NCBI RefSeq assembly: GCF_001194135.2
Contig: NC_068981.1
Location: 32,686,056-32,732,402 of the forward strand
Origin: Octopus bimaculoides
Lineage: Eukaryota
DNA: 46,347 nucleotides
Reading direction: 5' to 3'
In this document: positions 26,486-36,099 of the stretch, in pieces
Layout of the letters: each line of letters starts with the position of its first letter
Numbering within the stretch: the stretch's first letter is position 1
Position numbers and translations under genes: made by a program
Notes under the pieces: model-generated
The model's database searches: none
What the model saw: only the letters and a program-made list of their open reading frames with translations
What the model was told of the DNA's origin: nothing

Positions 26486-26600
26486 ACTATGTATAACGTA
26501 ATGTTATGTAACTTTCTTTCATCATTTATCCATGACTACCCTATTACCTCCGACTGCAATTAGTTTTGCCTTGGTATATTCCTATCACATGCTGCCTTAA

Positions 26601-26774
26601 TATTGGGTTATCCAGAAAGTTCGTGCCGATTTATAGTAGCTTACCTTTCGACTTATTTGCCATGAAACCACCTCAATTCTGGGAANNNNNNNNNNTTAAA
26701 AATGTAATGGCAAGTTTTTATTGACCTTTTTCTTTCCTTTAAAAATCGGCACGAACTTTCCGGACAACCCAATA
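26601..26774. mobile_element. Mariner-type MITE or internally deleted element (10-N gap inside)
   Basis: TIRs tattgggttatccagaaagttcgtgccgattt (26601-26632) and aaatcggcacgaactttccggacaacccaata (26743-26774) match at 30/32. TA at both ends. Confidence 0.9.
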
Positions 26775-26785
26775 TATTTGATGCC

Positions 26786-27004
26786 TAAGGCGATGAGCTT
26801 GCAGAAACGTTAGCACGCCGGGCAAAATGCTTAGCGGTATTTCGTCTGTCTTTACGTTCTGGGTTCAAATTCCACCGAGATCGACTTTGCTTTTCATCCT
26901 TTCGGGGTCGATGAATTAAGTACCAGTAGCGTACTGGAGTCGATCTAATCGAATGGCCCCCTCCCAAAAAATTTCGGGCCTTGTACCTAGAGTAGAAAAG
27001 AATA
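26786..27004 (+). mobile_element. SINE family B, full length, tail type 1
   Basis: aaggcgatgagcttgcagaaacgttagcacgccgggc...gggttcaaattcc...ggggtcgatgaattaagtaccag...tttcgggccttgtacctagagtagaaaagaat. Confidence 0.92.
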
Positions 27005-27206
27005 TATTTGTTACCTCATCTCGTATAATTTCTTAAACTATCAATCATTAAGCAATTATTTACCTATTTAGTTTATTAATCCAGTGAATTAGTTAATCAT
27101 CCTCTTAATCAATTGTATATTGAATTACTTTACGTTATAATAATTATTTATAGAATTACTTTATGCTAAAATCACTGTTCTTAAACATTCACCCACAATG
27201 ATACAC

Positions 27207-27610
27207 TTATGTGTGGTAAGTAGCTTGCTTACCAACCACATGGTTCCGGGTTCATTCCCACTGCGTGGCATCTTGGGTAAGTGTCTTCTACTATAGCCTC
27301 GGGCCGACCAAAGCCTTGTGAGTGGATTTGGTAGACGGAAACTGAAAGAAGCCTGTCGTATATATGTATATATATATATGTGTGTATGTGCGTGTTTGTG
27401 TGTCTGTGTTTGTCCCTCCACCATCGCTTGACAACTGATGCTGGTGTGTTTACGTCCCCGTTACTTAGCGGTTCGGCAAAAAGAGACCAATAGAATAAGT
27501 ACTAGGCTTCCAAAGAATAAGTCCTGGGGTCGATTTGCTCGACTAAAGGCGGTGCTCCAGCATGGCCGCAGTCAAATGACTGAGACAAGTAAAAGAGTAA
27601 AGAGTAAAGA
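27207..27610 (+). mobile_element. SINE family A, full length
   Basis: gtgtggtaagtagcttgcttaccaaccacatggttccgggttcattccc head, CORE-like cttgggtaagtgtcttctact, internal (AT)/(TG), 3' end gactgagacaagtaaaagagtaaagagtaaaga. Highly similar to 42313-42713. Confidence 0.92.
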
Positions 27611-28066
27611 GTATATGTTGGGTATTGCCAACGCTGTTTATGTTATTCAATGCTTTCCCACATCATCATATTCTATTTTTATTTATCCTATATACTTTCC
27701 CATCACACATCATTCTATTTTCTATAATTACAATTGCTGATTACTTTTAGTCATCTTTCTTTCACTGTAAATGTAGAGTATCAGCTCAGACTCAATCATT
27801 AAAATGTTTTCTAAAGAAGGAAAAAAAAGCAACTTCCGATCAGGAACAACATAACTCATGCAGATGAGCACCATATATAGTGTATTCGAAAACCATAAAA
27901 CTCTACATCTGACATTGAGTGTTTGAGTATACGTTTCTTTGTACAATGCTTATGTTAAAAGACACATACATGCACAAACGCAAACATGTATATACGTGTG
28001 TGTTTATAAATATATATAATGATGGTGGTATATATATATACACACACACAAACACACATAAACGTA

Positions 28067-28113
<47 letters not shown>

Positions 28114-28171
28114 CAAATAATAAATGAGTATATGCATATATACGTACATACATACCTGTATACACACACAG

Positions 28172-28236
<65 letters not shown>

Positions 28237-29677
28237 TTCGTTCTATACTTATTTACTCCAAGGCTTCCACGTGTTTTTTGCTTTGTAATTTTGTTCAGAT
28301 GACATTAAAAATGAATGAACATCGTTAAGCGAGAAACTCTGAGTAAAGCTAAAGTACATCATAGCTAAAATAAATTCCAATACTCATAGTTTGTACATTC
28401 AAATGTCTATATACCTATGTATATAAGAGTCTGTGTATATATGTGTGTTTGCGCGCGCGCACGTGCGTGTGTGTTACTGAACATGGTATGTGAGAAACAA
28501 GGAAGTTATTGAAAGAAAAGGAAAATTAAAAATGAAGAATTGTGTTTAGCTTGATCAATTCTATGTGCAATATATGCATTGATCAGCTCTATGTGCAATA
28601 TATGCATTTCTATGCGCATTCGTTCTGATGTGTGTATGTCTGATGCAGCGCATGGGTGCCTATGTGTCTTTCTCCTTTCATCACAATATCTCTATTAATT
28701 GTTTATTAGTTACGATTTCATAATAGCTCTAAACATCTCTGTTTCATTCCACTATCGCCCGTTCCGTTTAATGGTGCGCTCTTCTTGATCTTTCTAATGC
28801 TCTACTTTTTTTTTTTTACACATTTTAATTCTGTTACACTCTCTTCTCTGTCTCCTTTCTATTTTGTATTGCATTTCTTTGGGTTTATTTTTAATTTATT
28901 TTGCTATTTCTTTTTATCCTCTTCATATTCTTCGTCTTCGTTTCCCGTATTTTCAGACAGTGTTTTCTTGTATTCAATCATCTTTGTTATATCTAAATAA
29001 ACGTGTGTATGTGTGTGTATGAAAGAGAGAAACAAGGAGAGAGAGTGACTGAGAGAATGTGTGTTTGTGAGAGTGTGTTTGAGTGTGTATTCAGATCCTT
29101 TTTTATTTGTCATTTCCAGGTGAGCTGGCGGGGTTTCATCGCTTCCGATTCTTCGACGATATAACGCCCGCAGGCAATTTGCTATCGTTAGCTTTCGGCT
29201 TTTAAAGGAAGCCACTTAACTATTAGTTTTCTCCAGTGGCATTTATTGCAATGTTTCTTAACCATTTTGACCATAAGTTTCTTTATCTAAATTACTTGCT
29301 GAATTATTTATTTACCAATTTAATGCTTTATATTCTACAATATTTACTTTTTTTATTCCAATTTTTATTGACTTATGTTATTATTTCGATTTGCATTTGT
29401 TTTGTTGGTTTTTTCCATTTTTTCTTCATTATTATTATTTCAGAGGAATAATATCAGTTTTATAACGCCAGTGTGTGCTTCTATGTGTGTGTTTGTGTGT
29501 GTGTGTGTGTGTTTGTGTGCGTGTTTGTGTGTGTGTGTGTGAGTGTGTGTGTGTGTCTGTCTGTCTCTCTTTCTGTGTATTCAAGAGACACAGACAGACG
29601 GGTAAAGAGAAAGAATGTGTGTGAGTGCATATATGTATATGCGTTTATGTATGTATGCATGTATATGTGTGTACGTA

Positions 29678-29722
<45 letters not shown>

Positions 29723-30212
29723 TATGTGAGTGTTTATAAGTGTGTGTATTGGTATGTGTGCTTGTGAGTCTGTATGCACGTATGCATAAGCGTAAAAATT
29801 TTAGTCTTTTTTTTCTTTCCTTAATATTTCATCGTTTTATATCCAGAAGGCAAAAATCATTGAATTGTTATATCCCTAACGCTGTTCGTCTCTCCTTCTC
29901 AATCATTATCATTGCTTCAATCATCATCATTTCCATCATTATAATCCCAAATTTCAGGATCAACTGCTGGTTATGAAAAGACCGGAAGTTTTTTCTCATT
30001 TGCTGTAAACTAATACTCGAAAACAGTGAAGTATCTCTTAACCTTTTTATAGATATTTTTTTTCTGATCACTGTCTGCTTTTCCCCCTATTGTATTACTG
30101 CTATTTGTTTACGAGCTCATTCTTAGAGAAAATAACATAATAAACTAACTCTAGAAAGTGTTATGAAATGATCTATAATTATGTAACGTTCTTAAAATAA
30201 AATGCATTAGTA

Positions 30213-30375
30213 CAGGAATAGCCGTGTGGTTAAGAAGCTAGCTTTGCAACGAAGATGTTCCAAGTTCTATCCCACCTAGGGCAAAGGAGCTTCGGCTTTA
30301 CCAAAGCCTTATGAGTGAAACATGTAAGAAAGAGATTGTGCGGAAGTTCATAATACAAACGTGTGTGTGTGTGCG
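30213..30375 (+). mobile_element. Diverged, internally deleted SINE family A 5' part
   Basis: gccgtgtggttaagaagctagctttgcaac...gttctatccc...ccaaagccttatgagtg. Confidence 0.6.
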
Positions 30376-30399
30376 CGTACGTGTCTTGGATGTGCATTC

Positions 30400-30880
30400 T
30401 CAGGTATGGCTGTGGGTAGGTGGTTTTGGTAAATGCCAGTTGTTTCCTCTTGAAGCACCTGTGGTTTGTATGATTCTTTTATGCACATTATACATCTGCC
30501 CATTATCTTGTTGTATGGGGAGGCCTCATCTATAATAGACCAAAATAATGCTTAATTGATGTTCTGTAATTTTAAGCCATGTATGTATCTCGCTAGTGCC
30601 GTTGAGTTTTTATATTTTAGCTCACTGAAGGTGTTTAAGTGGGTCCTATATCGTCTCTTAAGATTTATAATACCTCCTATATACTCTTATTTGATGTTTG
30701 TCATTTGTCACACTGCATTTATAAATTACATTTTTTCGTAAACAAAATCCAGCAAGCGGACGTAATTCGGGGACCCTACAATTACAAGTTCTTGCATTCC
30801 TATCTTTAATTTTACTCGGATTTATTAAGGTTGTGATGGATTGGCCTGTGCTTAGTTGGGATTAAATTGCGCTTAGATTT
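30400..30880 (-). mobile_element. Penelope-like element, Naiad-type (CxCx5C linker plus GIY-YIG endonuclease without CCHH), decayed and 5'-truncated
   Basis: Manual translation: RTCNCRVPELRPLAGFCLRKNVIYKCSV (frameshift) EYIGGIINLKRRYRTHLNTFSELKYKNSTALARYIHGLKLQNIN*ALFWSIIDEASPYNKIMGRCIMCIKE. It shows VIY...YIG GIY-YIG motifs, the catalytic R and the C-terminal W.I+..A.PY...RC..C..E block. The third linker Cys is CGT here. Confidence 0.8.
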
Positions 30881-30914
30881 AGATAGACTTACTTTTTTGT
30901 TTTATTAATTTTAT

Positions 30915-31077
30915 TTCGACTTAAAATATAAAAATTAAACGGTACGAGCTAAATACATACATGATTTAAAATTACAGAACATCAATTATACATTATCTTG
31001 GCCTATTATAGACGACCCCCCCCCCCCCATACAACACGATTATGGGCAAATATAGAATGTGCATAAAGAATCATGCA
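30915..31077 (+). mobile_element. Inverted partial copy of the Naiad-type PLE endonuclease 3' half
   Basis: aaaatataaaaattaaacggtacgagctaaatacatacatgatttaaaattacagaacatcaatt...tggcctattatagac...ccatacaacacgattatgggc...atgtgcataaagaatca aligns with the reverse complement of 30465-30620. Confidence 0.85.
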
Positions 31078-31127
31078 CTACATTATTTACATTCGACGGA
31101 TATTTGTCCTCGTCTTGTTTGTTGTTA

Positions 31128-31162
31128 ACACAACGTTTCGGCTGATATACCCTCCAGCCTTC
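31128..31162 (-). ncRNA. Hammerhead ribozyme remnant (3' half of core intact, CUGAN missing)
   Basis: GA-A-GGCUG(10-nt loop)CAGCC-GAAAC-GUU-GUGU on the minus strand. The upstream bases are ccccaa instead of CUGAN, so this copy is predicted inactive. Confidence 0.6.
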
Positions 31163-31233
31163 TTGGGGAAATGAGAACCTGGGTTCTCATTCCTAAGGTA
31201 TTTTTCGATGTAATTATTATTATTGTTATTGTT

Positions 31234-31306
31234 CAGGTCACCGTTTGTAATCGAACTCTGAATCTTGGGGTTAGTAGCCCGCGCTCTTAACCACTACGCC
31301 ACATAC
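31234..31306 (-). promoter_or_regulatory. tRNA-like Pol III internal promoter cassette (A and B boxes) inside the PLE 3' region
   Basis: A box TGGCGTAGTGG (31291-31301), B box GAGTTCGATTA (about 31248-31258), tRNA-like spacing with a residual anticodon arm ggg-ctactaa-ccc. No proper acceptor stem. Confidence 0.75.
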
Positions 31307-31824
31307 TCGTGTGCAATTATGGAGTGAATTTTAGGGTTTATAAATCTAATATTTTTCTATCCCTCCTTAATACCGGTACCCATATGCTGCTCATATCTGC
31401 ACTCGGTCCGTTTAGGAGGTTGTTATGTCCTAGCATATGTGCTGCTTCCATTTTTCCATACATGACCAGCAATACACGATTTATCAATAACTCCTCGTGT
31501 CACAGCTTTGCGATGTTCGTCTACCCTTATTTTGAGGGGGTGACATGTTTCGCCTTTGTATAACCTACCACAGTTGCATGGGATGGAGTACACGCAGTCA
31601 TTGGTCATATTCTTTTCTATTAGTGGTTTTACTCAAAGGAAATATTTGCAAAGTGTTGTATTACTCTTGAATACTGTCCTGATGTCATATGAGCCGCATA
31701 CCTTTTGTATCTTTCGGAGAGGCCTTTCACATAGGGTAGACAGACTGTGGACAGTTTATTGGCCTCATCCTCTCTCTTCTCCATAATTGGAGTGGATAGT
31801 ATACTTTTAGGCTAGTTGTTGCTA

Positions 31825-31908
31825 GAGTGGATAGTATACTTTTGGGGTAGCAACAACTACCCCAAAAGTATACTATCCACTCCAATCATGAAGAAGAAAG
31901 AGGATGAG
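31825..31908. repeat. Fold-back at the PLE 5' truncation point: perfect 26-bp hairpin (31825-31850/31857-31882) within an inverted copy of 31764-31821
   Basis: gagtggatagtatacttttggggtag-caacaa-ctaccccaaaagtatactatccactc. 31851-31908 is the reverse complement of 31764-31821 with a few mismatches. Confidence 0.95.
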
Positions 31909-31934
31909 AATTTTAGAACATTTATAAATAGAAG

Positions 31935-31982
31935 GTCTTACAGTTGTTTCTAGGATATTTATTATATCCCTTCATCGGAGAC
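31935..31982 (-). ncRNA. Minimal type I hammerhead ribozyme-like motif with a CCGAUGA core
   Basis: GUCU-CCGAUGA-A-GGGAUAU(AAUAA)AUAUCCU-A-GAAA-CAACUG-UA-AGAC: 4-bp stem I, 7-bp stem II, near-palindromic stem III, GUA cleavage triplet. Confidence 0.7.
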
Positions 31983-32455
31983 GGTGTGAGAAAATGGTTA
32001 AACAATAGTTAACTTAGATAAGATACGAAATAGAGAGTGAAGTGGAGGAATGAAAATAGATGTGAGATATGCAGGAATATTGCATTTGTAGATCCATTAT
32101 TTAGCCGGAATGGTATACATATAAGATTCCAATACCTTGTGAGTAAAATCCAATAGTAGGGGACGATATATATATATATATANNNNNNNNNNNNNNNNNN
32201 NNNNNNNNNNNNNNNNNNNNNNNNNNNNNNNNNNNNNNNNNNNNNNNNNNNNNNNNNNNNNNNNNNNNNNNNNNNNNNNNNNNNNNNNNNNNNNNNNNNN
32301 NNNNNNNNNNNNNNNNNNNNNNNNNNNNNNNNNNNNNNNNNNNNNNNNNNNNNNNNNNNNNNNNNNNNNNNNNNNNNNNNNNNNNNNNNNNNNNNNNNNN
32401 NNNNNNNNNNNNNNNNNNNNNNNNNNNNNNNNATATCGTCCCCTGCCTCGTGTCT

Positions 32456-32499
32456 GTGACCGAAGAGGAGATAACCATTCCGAAATGCTTGTATCTCAC
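32456..32499 (+). ncRNA. Minimal type I hammerhead ribozyme-like motif with a CCGAAGA core
   Basis: GUGA-CCGAAGA-GGAG(AUAACCA)UUCC-GAAA-UGCUUGUA-UC-UCAC: 4-bp stem I, 4-bp stem II, near-palindromic stem III, AUC triplet. Confidence 0.6.
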
Positions 32500-33028
32500 T
32501 GTCTAAATAGGTGGCGTTGCGAACTGATTTAGGTGTATTTATATCATTTGCCTACAGCGAGATATTTTCTTGACAAAACATAGTGAATGGCTTGTTTATG
32601 AGTTTAAAAGGGGGGCAAGCATATTTGAACCGGTGATAACATTGCGTGTGGATGGGGGGGGCGTGCATGTATGTATGTATGTATGCAGGACAAACGAGGA
32701 TTGAATGAATCCAGAAAAATACCTCTTTAATTACTCTGTAGAAATTGAACCCACTTAACTAAATTGTCCAGTTATTACCACAGCAACCTATATATGCTTT
32801 TATTCATTTACTATCTCCGGTACAATTTTAAAATCTGATGTCGAATACTAATTAAATTTGATGTATTAATCCCACAGTATATTTTAAAAAAGCATAAAGA
32901 ATGGAGATACATTATCACTGAATTATTTAGCTTACAGGCGTCTCGAATAGCCTGGTACAACCCAAGTGCTGCACATTGCAACATGCATATTTAATCGATC
33001 CTTCATTTCATCGACTAAAATGCCATAT

Positions 33029-33091
<63 letters not shown>

Positions 33092-33876
33092 NNNNNNNNN
33101 NNNNNNNNNNNNNNNNNNNNNNNNNNNNNNNNNNNNNNNNNNNNNNNNNNNNNNNNNNNNNNNNNNNNNNNNNNNNNNNNNNNNNNNNNNNNNNNNNNNN
33201 NNNNNNNNNNNNNNNNNNNNNNNNNNNNNNNNNNNNNNNNNNNNNNNNNNNNNNNNNNNNNNNNNNNNNNNNNNNNNNNNNNNNNNNNNNNNNNNNNNNN
33301 NNNNNNNNNNNNNNNNNNNNNNNNNNNNNNNNNNNNNNNNNNNNNNNNNNNNNNNNNNNNNNNNNNNNNNNNNNNNNNNNNNNNNNNNNNNNNNNNNNNN
33401 NNNNNNNNNNNNNNNNNNNNNNNNNNNNNNNNNNNNNNNNNNNNNNNNNNNNNNNNNNNNNNNNNNNNNNNNNNNNNNNNNNNNNNNNNNNNNNNNNNNN
33501 NNNNNNNNNNNNNNNNNNNNNNNNNNNNNNNNNNNNNNNNNNNNNNNNNNNNNNNNNNNNNNNNNNNNNNNNNNNNNNNNNNNNNNNNNNNNNNNNNNNN
33601 NNNNNNNNNNNNNNNNNNNNNNNNNNNNNNNNNNNNNNNNNNNNNNNNNNNNNNNNNNNNNNNNNNNNNNNNNNNNNNNNNNNNNNNNNNNNNNNNNNNN
33701 NNNNNNNNNNNNNNNNNNNNNNNNNNNNNNNNNNNNNNNNNNNNNNNNNNNNNNNNNNNNNNNNNNNNNNNNNNNNNNNNNNNNNNNNNNNNNNNNNNNN
33801 NNNNNNNNNNNNNNNNNNNNNNNNNNNNNNNNNNNNNNNNNNNNNNNNNNNNNNNNNNNNNNNNNNNNNNNNNNNN

Positions 33877-33911
<35 letters not shown>

Positions 33912-34844
33912 ATACATTGCATATACAGAGAGGGTAAAAGAGAAAGAGAATGTACTTAGGTGACCTAAAAATGTTTTTGACAACCTAACAACATTTTATA
34001 TGTAGTTAACCTGGCTTGTTGACAATGTTCCATTAGCAAAGAGAGGGAGAACGAAAGAGTGGGTGTGAAAGAGAGAGAGAGAGAGAGCGAGGGAGAGTAA
34101 CAGAGACAATGAGTGATCAACGGAGAGAGAGGTGGAGGGAAAGGGAGAGAGATGGGGAGAGAATGGGAGAGAGTTAGAAAGAGAAAGAGAGAAGGAGAAG
34201 CAATAGCGTTAAATGTCTTGGATTATACCAAACTATAAATGTTGGTGAAAAAAATACAAATGCACTGATGCTATTCATTGAGACATCTAAGAGAAAATAT
34301 TCTTGTAGCATTTTCAGTCGAAGTTGTATGAAACGTCACAGGATATTATATTCGGTGTATAGAACACTGCCACGAGCTATTTTTGCCAGCAAAGTTGTAA
34401 ACAATTAATCGAATCCATTATTAGGGTCGGTGTCAGCGATTTTTCTGCCATGTCGTCTTTTCGGTTGCTGTTGTTGTTTCTTCTTTTCTTTTTTCTTTTT
34501 TTCTTCTTTTTCTATTTCAGCACTTTGAAATTTAACTAAATAGCGATGTCTAAGCTATAATCTCAACAAAGAAATTGATTTTTAAAAAAAAATTGTTCAA
34601 ACTGAAAACCGAAATCTGCATGACGTTGTTCCTGGAATCAAATTACTGAAAAAAAAAAAATGGACGGCTGAGGTTTCCTAGTTCATTTCAGTTTAATATG
34701 TTTTTTATTTATTTTCATTATACATATATTTATATGTAAATTTGCTATTTGTTGTTTTCTCCTAAAGAAATCATAATTTGCTTAAACTTTCTATAATAAT
34801 ATTTCAACCATTCTCTGCAGAAAAATGTTATTTTTGTTTGTTTC

Positions 34845-34897
<53 letters not shown>

Positions 34898-35237
34898 GGA
34901 TCTTTATTTTTATATTTTATTGTTGACAAATAGTCTCCTTACATTTTTTGGTTCTATTTAGGGTGTTTATATTCATATGATTAGCTTTTTTTAGAATTTT
35001 GTAACTATCGGCACACTTCAATTAGTTTAAAAATGTGAAGTGACATAATGGTAAATTTATCACTAAACGTAATCTCCAGCCACGTTTTGGCCCCCTTAGC
35101 TTAAGTAACACTCTTTCCAAATATTTATTGATGTGCTTATAACGAAATGATACCGCTTTGTCAACTGTCTCCATTTACTGTAACATTCTCCAACCTGTCA
35201 CATATTTCATTCATGTTTAATGTTTCATAACTACTTT

Positions 35238-35337
35238 AGGCGTGACAGTATGGTTAAGAAACTTGCTTCGTAACTACGAGGGTTCAGTCCTATTGGGCAG
35301 CCTTTTGAACAAGCGTCTTCTACGATAAACCCGAGAT
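35238..35337 (+). mobile_element. SINE family A head fragment, diverged
   Basis: ggcgtgacagtatggttaagaaacttgctt...gggttcagtcc...ttgaacaagcgtcttctacgata. Cut by the family C copy. Confidence 0.65.
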
Positions 35338-35343
35338 GTCTAA

Positions 35344-35735
35344 TGTTGTTGTTGGCACTCCGTCGCTTACGACGTCGAGGGTTCCAGTTGATCCGATCAA
35401 CGGAACAGCCTGCTCGTGAAATTAACGTGCAAGTGGCTGAGCACTCCACAGACACGTGTACCCCTTAACGTAGTTCTCGGGGATATTCAGCGTGACACAG
35501 TGTGACAAGGATGGCCCTTTGAAATACAGGTACAACAGAAACAGGAAGAAAGAGTGAGAGAATGGTGTGGTGAAAGAGTACATCAGGGTTCGCCACCATC
35601 CCCTGCCGGAGCCTCGTGGAGCTTTAGGTGTTTTCGCTCAATAAACACTCACAACGCCCGGTCTGGGAATCGAATCGAAACCGCGATCCTATGACCGCGA
35701 GTCCGCTGCCCTAACCACTGGGCCATTTCGCCTCC
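35344..35735 (-). mobile_element. SINE family C, full length, (AAC)n tail
   Basis: Reverse complement: ggaggcgaaatggcccagtggttagggcagcggactcgcggtcataggatcgcggtttcgattc (A and B boxes)...gacggagtgccaacaacaaca. Confidence 0.9.
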
Positions 35736-36066
35736 ACTGATGTCTAATGCATTACGCAGTTATCCTTCAACATTTTCGTTATGATTAATAGCTATCAGGA
35801 AGGAAGTTGTTTAGTGGACGCGGCTGATGTGTTTGAGTACATAGGTTTTCCTTTCTTGTCATTCATTACCTCATTAGCTTGATCATAAAAAAGAAGGTGA
35901 GGGTAGTGCTCCTCTGTTCATTTCGCTTTCTTTCACACGTACTCACGTATCACGTCCTGCCTACACGTCACCCACATGTTGTTTTCCATTCTCTATCAGC
36001 TGTTGCAAGCCTATCTAATACAGACAATGTAAAAACCTTGACTTCTCTTTTCCTGTGTCACCAAAA

Positions 36067-36099
36067 CTCTGAAGAAGGATACTGTCTGAAACGTCAGAG
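36067..36099 (+). ncRNA. Minimal hammerhead ribozyme motif with a canonical core, probably from a solo PLE pLTR (about 35880-36165)
   Basis: CU-CUGAAGA-AGG(AUACUG)UCU-GAAAC-GUC-AG: complete core, GUC triplet, very short stems. AATAAA about 60 nt downstream. Confidence 0.65.

Larger units (their letters stand above)
31078..31821 (-). mobile_element. Penelope/Poseidon-type PLE, 5'-truncated (RT thumb, linker, GIY-YIG with CCHH, 3' pLTR region)
   Basis: Minus strand: NN.PKSILST...KLSTVCLPYVKGLSE, (frameshift) IQKVCGSYDIRTVFKSNTTL, then ORF 31423..31608 VYSIPCNCGRLYKGETCHPLKIRVDEHRKAV...IAGHVW, then HMLGHNNLL...SIWVPVLRRDRKILDL* (stop 31338-31340). Confidence 0.9.

Noticed and set aside
28550-28610. 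Short tandem duplications (ctatgtgcaatatatgcatt twice; also atgtcttattgaatatatg twice at about 46250-46292)
   Set aside because: Ordinary slippage duplications with no further structure.
30400-30880. Selenocysteine (in-frame TGA) recoding as reported for some Naiad PLEs
   Set aside because: Cys positions here are TGT/TGC or CGT. The in-frame stop is TAA, so it is ordinary decay.
31234-35735. Possible tRNA genes at 31234-31306 and 35660-35735, and other SINE heads
   Set aside because: A and B boxes are present but acceptor and T stems do not pair, and they continue into repeat bodies. They are tRNA-derived heads, not tRNA genes.
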